64,000 nucleotides of DNA from Nitrospirota bacterium (GTDB lineage Bacteria; Nitrospirota; UBA9217). A program made the position numbers and the translations under genes. Position 1 is the stretch's first letter; each line of letters opens with the position of its first letter. The notes under the pieces are model-generated. The model worked only from the letters and a program-made list of their open reading frames with translations, ran no database searches and was not told where the DNA came from. This document shows, in pieces, positions 53,445-64,000 of this stretch. Location of the stretch: NCBI GenBank assembly GCA_963796285.1, contig CAWCKW010000012.1, positions 1,792,001 to 1,856,000 on the forward strand. The letters are read 5' to 3'.

Positions 53445-56400
53445 TCATCCCAGCGTGAAAAATACCGTCGCGCCCTTCCCGACTTCTCCCTCGGCCCAGA
53501 CCTTCCCGCCGTGCCTTCGGATGATCCGGTCGACGATGGTGAGGCCTATGCCCGTGCCATCGAAACTCATTTTCCAAATGCAGCCGCTGAAAGGGCCGAA
53601 CATCTTGTCCGAGAAGGCCGGATCGAACCCCGCGCCGTTGTCCCTGACAAAGTATACACACTCGGTTCCCTCTCCGTGTTCGAGGCTGCCGAACTCGATC
53701 CTGGCTTCTCCGTTTCGAGGTGAACTTCCACGCGTTGTCGATCAGGTTTGTCAGGACGACCCTCATCAGGTTCGGGTCGGCAGAGGCCCTGATGCCTTGC
53801 TCATCAGGACCTCAACATTTCTGCCGTGGTCCGTCTCGCGCAGGTTATGGATTGCGGCTTCGGCCATTTTGCTCAGATCGACATCCATGCGGTCGAGTTC
53901 CTGGCGAGATAGCTTTGAAAGGTGCAGGAGGTCGTTGATAAGCTGGGTCATCTTTATCGAACCGTTGAATATGCGTGTCAGATAATCCTTTGCCTGGTCG
54001 TCCAGCTTGTCCGCGTAATCCTCCTGCATGATTTTTGCAAAGCCGGACATGGTCCGAAGGGGCGCTCGCAGGTCGTGCGATACGGAGTAGATAAAGGCCT
54101 CGATTTCTTTGTTCAGCGTCTCAAGCTCCAGGTTCCTGGTCGCCATGTCTTCGGAGAGTTTCAAGAGGTCCTCTTCGGCCTTCTTGCGCTCGGTGATATC
54201 GAAAAACACCACGGCGAAGCGGCCGGGCTCGGTCCGGTAGGCGCTGACCTCGAACCATTTATCGAGGGGGCCGAAGCGTTCTTCGAAATGCGCGGGCTCT
54301 CCCGTGAGAACTACCTGTCCGTACCGCTCGAACCAGACTGGCTCGGCCTTCGGGGAACAGCTCGTGAACTGTTCGGCCGACGATGTCCCCGGACTTCAAT
54401 CCCGTTTGCTGCTCGAACGCCGGGTTGACCGATAGATAGCGGAGATCGACGGGCTTCCCTGCGTCATCCAGGATGATCTCATCGAGCGAGAAGCCTTCGG
54501 TCATCGTCTCGAAGAGTGTCCGGAAACGGTTCTCACTCTCGCGCAACGCCTCCTCGGCCTGCTTCAGCGCGGAGATGTCGGTATTAGTGCCGAACCACCG
54601 AAGGACATTGCCGGCCGAATCCTTCAATGGCAGCACACGCGTCAGGAAGGCGCGGAAAATCCCATCGGCCCCGCGCAGCGGGAATTCCATTTCAAACGGC
54701 TCACCGGTGGCGATCGACGCCTGCCATCGTTCCAGAACCTTCGGCAACGCCTCCGGGTCGTGAACCGATTGCCAGCCCCAACCCTCCATCTGTTCCGGGG
54801 TTGTGCCGGTGTACTCATACCAGCGCCGGTTGTACCACGTGATGTAACCGTCCGCGTTGGCCCACCACGCCAGGTTGGGAATGGAATTGGCCAGGGTGCG
54901 GAACTGCTCTTCGCTTTTCCGCAGCGCCTCCTCGGCCTGTTTTTGAGCAGCTCGTATCCGCAGGATTTCAATACCGTACGCCACGTTATCAGTGAGTTCG
55001 GTCAATAATCTGATCTCGTCTTCGGTGAATGGGTCGGCCTCTTTGGAATACATGGTGATCGCGCCGAAAACCCTGCCATTAGCTCGCAGCGGAAAAACGA
55101 TCGAGGACGCGTAGCCGCGCTTGATCGCTTCTTCGCGCCACGGCGCGAAGGCCGGATCGGTCAGCATATTCCGGCATACGGCAACGTTGCCCATGCGGAT
55201 GGCCGCGCCCGTCGGCCCCCGGCCCCGTTCCGTATCGGCCCAGGTAAGTTTCAACGTTTCAAGATATCCTTCTTCGAATCCTGAGTATGCTGCGGGCCGG
55301 ACCGATTTCGTGTCGTCATTTTCCGCAAATCCGATCCAGACCATGCTGTAGCCACAGTCGTATACGATTATCCTGCAAACGTCGTTCAGGTATTCTGGTT
55401 CGTCCTTTGCTCGGATTACTGCCTGGCTGCTGTCACTCAAAGCCTTGAGCGTCTTGTTCAATCTGAGCAGCGCCTCCTCTGCCCTCTTGCGTTCCGTGAT
55501 GTCAATGTTAACGCCGGTCATGCGAAGCGGCTTGCCTTCGGAGTCCTTGAAGACCCGCCAGCGTCCGGCCACCCAGTGGATGCTGTCATCGGGCCAGATG
55601 ACGCGCCATTCTCCCTCTGTTGGCTCGCCCGTCTCAATGGCTCGAGCATTCAGCCGCATGACCTCGGCACGGTCCTCGGGATGAACAAGATTCTCGAAGG
55701 CCGGCTGCGTTCTGCCGAATTCGCCTGGCTGCAGGCCGTACATCGCCTCCAGCTCCGGTGTCCAGGTGTTCACTCCTGCCTGGACGTTCCACTCGAACGT
55801 ACCGATGTGCGCCACCTGCTGCGCAAGACTCAACCGCGCCTCGCTTTCCCGAAGCGCCTCCTCCGCCCGCTTGCGCTCGGTGATGTCGCTCAGGTTGCCG
55901 CTGCGGTACAGCGGCCGACCGGCGCTGTCTTTGGAAAGGGCCATATGATTGAACAGCCAGCGGTAATCTCCCCCCTTGGTCCGCTGGCGGTACTCCACAT
56001 CTCCCTCGCCGGTCTCCAAAAGACGTTCATGCGCCGCCCGGACCGCGGGCAGATCATCGGGGTGGATCATGGTCAGGACCGTATCGAGCTCGAGCGTCAT
56101 TAATTCGTTTGCTGAAAAACCGGTTACTTTCTCAACCGACGGGCTCATGTACTCGTAACGGCCGGTTTGCACGTTCAGTCGGTAAATAACATCAAGAGAA
56201 TTGTCCAGCACGGACCGGAAGCGCTCTTTGCTCTCCCGGAGCGTTTGTTCGGCCTGCTTGCGCTCGGTGATGTCACCGACAGTACCGACCAAGCTCACTG
56301 CCCGCTTGTCCGCGCCTTCGCCCTCGAAGGTGGCGATGCCATGAGCTTCTATCCATCGCAGTGCGCCGTCCGGACGGTTGATCCGATACTCCGCGGCGTA

Positions 56401-59400
56401 TGGTTGCGGGTCAACGGGGTTCAAAGCCGCCTCCACCCGGCCCACAGTCGGGCAAGTCATCGGGATGGATGCTCTGCGCGAGGATCTCGTCGTTCGGTCG
56501 GGTATAGCCGCTGACACCGAAGATCGCCTTGTACCCGTCGTCCCACTCCGAGATGCGCGTAATGGGGTTGTATTGCCACCATCCCAAGTGCGCCGCGTCC
56601 AGCGCTATCTGACGCTGCTGGGCAAGCGTCTGAATTTCGTACTCGGACTTCTTGCGCCCGGTGATGTCGTGCGCGATCTTGGACGCGCCGATAATCTTGC
56701 CGCTCGCATCCTTGATGGCGGAGAACGTAAGCGACACGGGGATGATCGAACCGTCTTTCCGCATGCGCACGGACTCGAAATTCTCGATATGTTCTCCCTG
56801 TTTGATCCGTGCGAGAATTTCGGGTTCCTCGTTAATGTGCCCCGGCGGAATCAGGAGAGAAATATTCCTCCCGATTACCTCCTCTGCCTTATATCCGAAG
56901 ATATTCTCCGCTCCCACGTTCCACGTCTGAATGATACCGTCCTGGTCCTTACCGATAATCGCGTCATCCGCGCTCTCGACGATCGCTGCCAGACGGCCCA
57001 GTGCCTTTTCCGCTTTCTTGCGCTCGGTGATGTCGTGAGCGACGTGAACAGAACCGATCATCTGTCCCTTATCGTCATAAAGCGGGGTCGTGCTGATGAT
57101 AAAGTCTCCCCCAAAGCGATCTTCATGCACTTCTTCTATGTGTTGACGGCCGTCCTTAATAGTTCTGGCATGAGGGCAGAAAGCGGGCGGACAGGAAAGA
57201 CCGTGCACGGATTCATAGCAATGTTTGCCGATACACTCCTCGGGCGTGAGCCCCAGTTTCCGAGCCATGGCCGCATTCACCCGTTTGATGCGGTGGTTAT
57301 TGTCCAGGATCGCGATCAGGTCGGGAACGCTGTCGAAGGTCCGCTCCCACTCTTCTTTGGCCCGAAGTACGGATTCCTCCGCCCGCTTGCGCTCGGTGAT
57401 GTCGTAGGCGTAAATGCGGACAACATTGAATTGAGGCATGAGATGGACGGTCATGCCGAAAACGCTGTCCCTGACGACTCTCTCGCGATAGATGAGATTT
57501 TTCTTTTCCCCCTCCCAGATCACGTAAAATGTCGTCCATGTCTTCGGGCAGGAACACGGCTAAATCTTCTGTGTCCATCCCCAGGTTTGCCAGAACTTTT
57601 ACCGTGGCCGGATTACAGAAGTTGATCTTACCCGAGGAATGCACTTCGCAAATGGGATTCGGGTTCAGCTCCGGGAAAGAGGCAAGATGCCGCGTGCGCT
57701 CCTCGGACTTCTTGAGTTCGGATACGTCGTTATAGGTGATGACGACGCCCTCGATGCGGTTGTCCGCGGTGCGGTAGGGCAGGGTCGTGCGGACATACCA
57801 TGCGCCGCCCAGTTCAAGCTCCTGACGCGCGGGCACGAGACGTTCTAGGACCGCCTGAGCGTCGGAGGTGAGGTCGGGACCGAGGTTTTCCTGCGACATG
57901 TCGGCGATGGGACGCCCCACGTCCGAGGGCAGGAGTTTGATGAGCTTGAGCATCGCGGGCGTGAAGCGCTTCACCCGGAAGTGAGTATCCAGGAAGATCG
58001 TGGGGATGTTCGCGCTCGCGAGGAAATTGTTCAGATCGTCGTTCGTGGTCTCCTGTTCCTCGATCTTTCCCTGGAGCTGCGAGTTAACGGTGATCAGTTC
58101 TTCGTTCAACGACTGGAGTTCTTCGCGGGAAGTCTCAAGCTCCTCGTTCGCGGCCTGCAATTCCTCGTTCGAGGACTGGAGCTCCTCGTTCAGGCTCTTG
58201 AGCTGTTCGATGTGGCTCTGAAGATCCTGGCGTGTGGCCGAGAGTTCGCCTTCGAGCTGATGGATCGCGGTCTCCTCGATGACGGTGGCATCGACCTGCT
58301 CGGCGGCATCCTCCTTGGAGAGCGACGCCTTTCTCCTGAAAAACGACGATGAAAAGGTTCTCCGCTGCTTTCGTGATCCGGAGCGAAATTTGTCTTACCG
58401 GCTGCAAATCCCCCCTGCCCCCCTTTGCTAAAGGGGGGATGATTTTACTTCCCCCCTTGGAAAGGGGGGACCGAGGGGGATTTTCACCCGCGACAGGGAG
58501 ACTTGCCCGTATTGAAACGGTTTTCCCCTCGTGGCTCGACCGGTAGAGCGCCCCGCGAATCCTGCTCCGGAGATTCTCGGGCAGAAGCTCGAGCAGGTTC
58601 TGCGTCGGCACGCCCCGGGGCTGGAGGAGATATTTGTTCGTGGGGCCGTTGTGGTAGATGATCTCGTAATTCTGATCTATGGCCACGGAAGCGGGCGCGT
58701 ATTCTTCGAGCAGTTTTTCCTGGACGATTTCCGTGAAGGACCGTCTCTGCTCCGCGAGCTGCGCCTGTTTCGAGGCTTGTTGCGCCGAACGTTCAGCCGC
58801 ATACGGGACCGAGATGGGCAGGCGCGATGCGGGTTTTGTCTCAAGCTTCCGGTAGACGCGGCACTGCTTGTGGCCGATCGATTGGAAGAGCCTGCTTTTT
58901 TTGCCCACGGTTTCCGCGTTCCCGAGGAAGAGAAAGCCCCCCTCGTTGAGCGCGTAATGAAAAAGGGTGATGCATTTTTCCTGGGCGTCGGGCTCCAGGT
59001 AGATCATGAAGTTGCGGCAGATGATGAGGTCGAGCTTGGAGAAAGGCGGGTCGGTCAACAGGTCCTGCCGGGCGAAGACCACGGTTTCCCGGACTTCTTT
59101 GTTGATGACGAGAAAGTTGCCGTCCTCGGTTGGCATGAAATATTTTTGAACGTACTCCTGCGGCACGTCCGCGGCGATGCTTGCGGGATACTTGCCCTCG
59201 CGTGCCCGCTCCAAGCGCCCGCTCGTTCACGTCCGTGGCAAAGACGTGGACGTCCCGCTTTTCCCCGGCAAGAGCAAGCTCATGCAGAAACATCATGGCG
59301 ATGGAGTAGGCCTCCTCGCCCGTGGAGCTCGCCGGGGTCCAAACGCGGATGGGAAGGTCGGTGTTCCCGGCCGCGATCTTCCGGACCGCCTCCAGGTTCA

Positions 59401-60263
59401 GCGCCTTCCATGCAACCCGGTCGCGGAAGAAGGAGGTGACGCCGATCATGAGGTCGGCGGCGAGAAGGGCGGCCTCTGAGTCATTGGTTGAGATGATGCC
59501 CAGGTAATCTTTGACCGCCGAGAGCCCTTGAAGATACATGCGTCTTCTGATCCTTCGGGTGACCACGCTCTTTTTGTAATGATTGAACCGGCCGCCGGTC
59601 TTCTCCTGGAGCAGCCGGAAGAAGCTGTCATACTCTTCGGCGGAGATGGCGCACCTCCCGGTTTGCTTCAGCTTCGCCGAGCCGCTGGAGTTTCAGGAGC
59701 TCGCCGGCGATCTGCTCGGGAGAAAGCACGGCGTCCGCCAGGCCGCTCGCGATGGCCGCGAGCGGCATGCTGTTGAATTCCGCGGTCTCGGGGTCCTGGA
59801 CGAACACCGTCCCGCCAGCGGACCGGACCGCCTGGCAGCCGCGGGCGCCATCCGTGCCCGCGCCGGACAAGATCACGGCAATGGAACGCTCGCCCGCGTC
59901 CTCCGCGAGAGAGGAGAGAAATTCATCGATCGACAGATGGATGAGACCTTCGGTGTGTACGGTCGTCTGAAAGAAGCTGTTTCGCAGGCGGACCTCCCTG
60001 CCCGGAGGTGCGAGGTAAAGGCGTCCGGCCTGGATCTTCAAGCCGTCGGATATTTCCTGGATCACGAGAGAGGGACGCCGGGCGCTCAAGAGCTCCGGCA
60101 GGAGGCTTTTGTGTTTTGCGGAAAGGTGCTGGATGAAGACCAGCGCGAAGTCGAAGTCCTTTGGGAGGACGGCGAGGAAGCGCTGGAGAGCGTCAAGGCC
60201 GCCGGCCGAGGCGCCGATGCCGACGACCAATAAAGATTTTCCCGGTTTATCGTATTCGGTCAT
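53445..60263 (-). CDS. Giant CheB-CheR-multi-PAS-GAF-histidine kinase fusion (many frameshifts)
   Basis: Contiguous ORF pieces in order: CheB (GASAGG, QH, SGAGTDG), CheR (GVTSFFRD, STGEEAYS, CRN), ELQSLNEEL coil, many DITERK PAS units, GAF, YSVSHDLRAP, NAWKF. Confidence 0.8.
58405..58485. repeat. CCCCCC..AAGGGGGG palindromic repeat inserted in-frame
   Basis: AAATCCCCCCTGCCCCCCTTTGCTAAAGGGGGG...CCCCCCTTGGAAAGGGGGGACCGAGGGGGATTT; translates ENPPRSPLSKGGSKIIPPLAKGGRGDL. Confidence 0.8.
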
Positions 60264-60627
60264 TCGGATAGGCCCCCAGAAATCAATTTGGATTTCTTTT
60301 CAGGATTATATAGGGAATTTGCTCGTGAAGCAAAGGGAAATTTCCGTGAAATCTCGGGCTTTGCATTTTGCCTGGATCAAGAGCTCAAAACTATTATCCC
60401 GGCGTGAAATAAAACGCCGCCCCCTTGCAGGAAGGCAGGATTAAGTATAGCTCGTTTGCCGCCAAGATCGAAGAATACGCAGAGAGTTAAGTTTAATCTT
60501 CAAAATACCAATGCCAAATCAAAAATCAATGGCCAATGAATCGATCAGTTTGTAACGTAATTGACACGCCCTATTTGTTCCCCTGATTCATTTTTCAAAC
60601 TGACCAATCCCCCATAACCGCTCCGGT

Positions 60628-60656
60628 TTGACAGCCGGGGAGATGTCTGCTATTAT
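60628..60656 (+). promoter_or_regulatory. Sigma70-type promoter
   Basis: TTGACA-17 nt-TATTAT with extended TG. Confidence 0.65.
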
Positions 60657-60718
60657 AATTTTACTGGATCGAGCTTAATCCTGATCGTCATTTTCCCGGT
60701 CTCTCCCTGGTAAACAGC

Positions 60719-61234
60719 ATGAAAATATCGTGGCTTATCGGCGGGCTGGTCGTTGCAGCGGGCGCTCTCATCGCCGGCCTGGCATTGATGTACAATCTGC
60801 CGCTGGATCTTCGGGACCGCTCTCCGATCCAGCCGATCGCCTTCAGTCATAAGGTGCATGCCGGCGACAACGGCATCCCCTGCCTCTTCTGTCACCGCTA
60901 CGCTCCGAAGTCAATGGTCGCCGGCATCCCTGCAGTGGCGGATTGTCGGGCCTGCCATCTGTTCATCGCCCAAAACGCCCCGGAAATTAAAAAGCTGATG
61001 GCGTACTGGGATAAAAAGGAGCCGGTCCCCTGGGTCAGGGTCTACCGCGTGCCGGACCACGTCTATTTCCCTCACATGATGCATATCCGCGCCGGACTCG
61101 TCTGCACCGCCTGCCACGGCGATGTGGCCGCGATGCAGCGGATCACCCGATCGATCAAAATAGAAATGGGCTGGTGCCTGGGCTGTCATAAACAGCATAA
61201 GGCCAGTATCGATTGCTGGACATGCCATAAATGA
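60719..61234 (+). CDS. Membrane-anchored pentaheme cytochrome c (ActA/QrcA-like)
   Basis: Five CxxCH motifs; QPIAFSHKVH, VYFPH and MGWCLGCH. Confidence 0.9.
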   Translation: MKISWLIGGLVVAAGALIAGLALMYNLPLDLRDRSPIQPIAFSHKVHAGDNGIPCLFCHRYAPKSMVAGIPAVADCRACHLFIAQNAPEIKKLMAYWDKKEPVPWVRVYRVPDHVYFPHMMHIRAGLVCTACHGDVAAMQRITRSIKIEMGWCLGCHKQHKASIDCWTCHK

Positions 61235-61238
61235 GGAG

Positions 61239-61365
61239 AAATTCCAAATTACAAATTCCAAATAATATCCAAATTCAAAATATCAATACTCGAAACTCGT
61301 TTTAGTTATTCGGTCATTCGTGCTTGAAATTTATTCGTTATTTGATGCTTGGGATTTAGTGCTTT
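61239..61365. repeat. Inverted heptamer array (AAATTCC / GGRATTT-like), empty
   Basis: AAATTCC AAATTAC AAATTCC AAAT ... TATTTGATGCTTGGGATTTAGTGCTTT. Confidence 0.65.
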
Positions 61366-61380
61366 TACTTAGGAGTATAT

Positions 61381-63580
61381 ATGGATCGAAGGACCTTTCT
61401 GCAACTGAGCGGGCTGTCGGCTGCCGGCGCCATGCTTGCGGGCTGCAAGTCGGCTAATGAAAAACTGATCCCCTACCTGCTTCCGCCTGATGAGGGCGTA
61501 ACGCCGGGAATAGCCAACTACTATGCCAGCGCCTGCAGGTCCTGTCCTGCCGGCTGCGGCATCCTGGTCCGGGTATCGGAAGGGCGGGCCAAAAAAATCG
61601 AGGGGAACCCCGAGCACCCGGTCAACAGGGGAAAACTATGCGGCCGGGGACAAGCCGCTCTCCAGGAGCTTTACCATCCCGACCGCTTACCGCAGCCGCT
61701 TAAACGTACCGGGCCCCGGGGCTCGGGAGCATTCGCGAAGATCTCCTGGGAAGAGGGGCTGGGCCTCCTCGTCGGCAAGCTCAAGACCTTAAAGCAAGAA
61801 AGATCCACCGGCACCCTGGCCCTGCTGACGCCGGAGCTTCGAGGCACACTGGCGAAACTGACAGCCGGTTTCATGCACTCCTTCGGTTCTCCCCATCACA
61901 TTACGTATGAGTTGCTCGGCCCTGATTGGCTCCGCGCCGCCAACCGACAAAGCTTCGGCCAGACAAGCCTTCCCTATTATGACGTGGCTGAGACCCGCTA
62001 TCTGCTCAGCTTCGGCGCCGATTTTGTGGAAAGCCATTTATCTCCTGTCCATTACGGCCAGGCCTTCGGCCGGATGCGCCAGGCACGGGACACGGTCCGC
62101 GGTCATTTCACCTATGTCGGCGGCCGGCTGTCGTTGACGGCTGCGTCGGCCGATCGATGGATGCCGGCTCGTCCCGGAAGCGAAGGGGCACTCGCCCTCG
62201 GCATGGCCCGGCTGATCCTGGCTGAGTCCCTATACGACAAAACCGCCCTTTCCGCTAACGGGCTCCGGGCGGAAGAGCTGCTGGGCCGATTGAAGGCTTA
62301 CGATCTTCCCCGCGTGGCGGAAGAGACCGGTCTGACGCAAAAGTCCATTGCCGAGGTGGCCCGGGAGTTTGCTACGACCCATCCCTCGCTGGCCATGGCC
62401 GGTGAGACAATCGCCTTCCAGAACAACGGTCAGGAATCGGCCCGCGCTGTCCTATTGCTGAACGTGCTGATGGGGAACCTGAACCGGCCCGGCGGGGTCT
62501 ACCCGGACGGGGGGGCAACGGACGGCCCAACAACCTCTTTTGACGAGATCCTCTCTTTTGTTAAGAAAATGCACGGCGGCGAAATCCGCATGGCCCTGAT
62601 TCACGGCGACCCGGTCCACACCATTCCCTCAACTACGGGCTTCCAGGAGGCACTGACCAAGGTGCCGTTTATCGTCAGCTTCTCTTCGCTCATGGACGAC
62701 ACTGCAATGCAGGCCGACCTGATCCTGCCGGACCACGCTGCTCTGGAAAGCTGGGGAGACGTGGTCCCGCTGGCAGGCACGCGGGATGGGGTGATTGGTT
62801 TGATGCAGCCGGTGGTGATGCCCGTGTTCGACACACGCCAGTTCCCCGAGGTGTTGATGACTGCGGCCCATGAACTTGGCGGGGAGATGAAGGCGGCATT
62901 CCCCTACGAGTCTTACCTGGATATGCTGAAGGCTGAGATGAAAAAGCATGTTGGTCTTGCGAGCGGGAAAGATTTTGAAGCAACGTGGGTCGACCTGCTC
63001 AGACAGGGCGGACTTTTCAAAACGAACAGCAGCCAGGTCAAGAGTTATCGCTGGGCGGCAGGCGCGAGCGTTCCCGAACCTGCAAAACCCACGGTTCTCC
63101 GGAAATGAAAAGGAATTCCCTCTGCATCTTTCGATATATCCCTCCACGGCATTTTATGACGGCCGTGGCGCTTCACTTCCCTGGTTGCAGCAACTGCCGG
63201 ACCCGATGACCACCGTGGTCTGGGACAGTTGGGTCGAGATCAATCCCAAGACCGCCGCTGAACTGGGGATCGGCTTCGGCGATCTTGTCGAGATAACTTC
63301 CTCCCAAGGCTCGGTGCGCGTGCCTGCGGTGATCTACCCCGGCATCCGGCCGGACATGGTGGCCATTCCCCTGGGGCAGGGACATCGTGAGATGGGACGC
63401 TATGCCAAGGGAAGGGGAGCGAACCCCCTCCAGCTTTTGGTGCTGACAACTGAAGGAACAAAACCCCAACCGGCCTGGAACGCGACCCGGGTGCGGATAA
63501 AGCGAATTTCGGACAAGGGGGAATTGGTTGACGCCGGGCATCCGCAGGGGAGCTACCGCAGCGATTTGATAGAGATATAA
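61381..63580 (+). CDS. Molybdopterin-fold subunit (ActB1/QrcB-like), Tat lipoprotein; frameshift near 63090
   Basis: MDRRTFL...LAGC, CRSCPAGC...LCGRG, ESWGD and WLQQLPDP motifs. Confidence 0.85.
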
Positions 63581-63581
63581 C

Positions 63582-63745
63582 GATAAATTCGAAAGAAGTT
63601 AAGATCCACCGCCGAGACGTAGCCTGCACTTGCGTAAGCGCGGCCATAAACGAAGACGCGGAGAAAAAGATTCTAAGGGTTGGTTAATAGTTTTCCTTAG
63701 CGCCCTCTGCGGCTTTGCGGTAAATCCGACTTTTAGCATTTATTG
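63582..63745. repeat. Family R2 repeat with 31-nt insert
   Basis: CACCGCCGAGACG|insert|CGAAGACGCGGAG...CTCTGCGGCTTTGCGGTAAATCCGACTTTT. Confidence 0.65.
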
Positions 63746-63768
63746 CGGCCATGAGGATTGTGCAACAT

Positions 63769-64000
63769 ATGGAAAAATTGACGAGCCCGTACAAATGGGG
63801 AATGGTTGTCGATCTCGACCGCTGCACCGGATGCGGCGCGTGCGTGGTCGCCTGCCAGGCGGAAAACAACGTGGCCATCTGCGCCAAAAAGGAGATCGCA
63901 GAAGGCCGCAACATGCACTGGCTCAGGATCGAGCGCTTCTGGGTGGGTGAATACCCGGATGTTCGCGTACGCTTCCTGCCCGTGCTCTGCCAGCATTGCC
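63769..64000 (+). CDS. 4Fe-4S subunit (ActB2/QrcC-like), 3' partial
   Basis: MEKLTSPYKWGMVVDLDRCTGCGACVVACQAENN...WLRIER...LCQHC. Confidence 0.88.
   Translation, partial: MEKLTSPYKWGMVVDLDRCTGCGACVVACQAENNVAICAKKEIAEGRNMHWLRIERFWVGEYPDVRVRFLPVLCQHC

Overview
Chromosomal 64-kb window from a fairly GC-rich bacterium. Gene content suggests a Nitrospirota- or deltaproteobacterium-like anaerobe or microaerophile (inference). Many genes are split by single-base indels, most likely long-read consensus errors. Contents: a B12/radical-SAM gene, a TusA-like gene with an in-frame UGA, a glpK-like kinase, EmrAB-TolC, mltA, msrA, a membrane/spermidine-synthase fusion, a MalT/BTAD regulator, an IMPase/FBPase, uvrC, a rhodanese-TolC-MFP-RND operon, an FmdB protein, an LpxL-type acyltransferase, a stand-alone NuoE/F/G-like module, an 18-kb two-component cluster ending in an RpoS-like sigma factor, and the start of an ACIII/Qrc operon. 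No rRNA, tRNA, CRISPR array or transposase was recognised. The most unusual signal is non-coding. (1) Inverted arrays of 7-bp repeats sit at gene junctions inside operons, either empty or enclosing a four-helix-bundle gene. (2) Five 24-62 nt mini-elements insert at G^C inside other repeats without target duplication. (3) Palindromic repeats are nested in one another, and one is read in-frame inside CheR. There are also two candidate selenoproteins.
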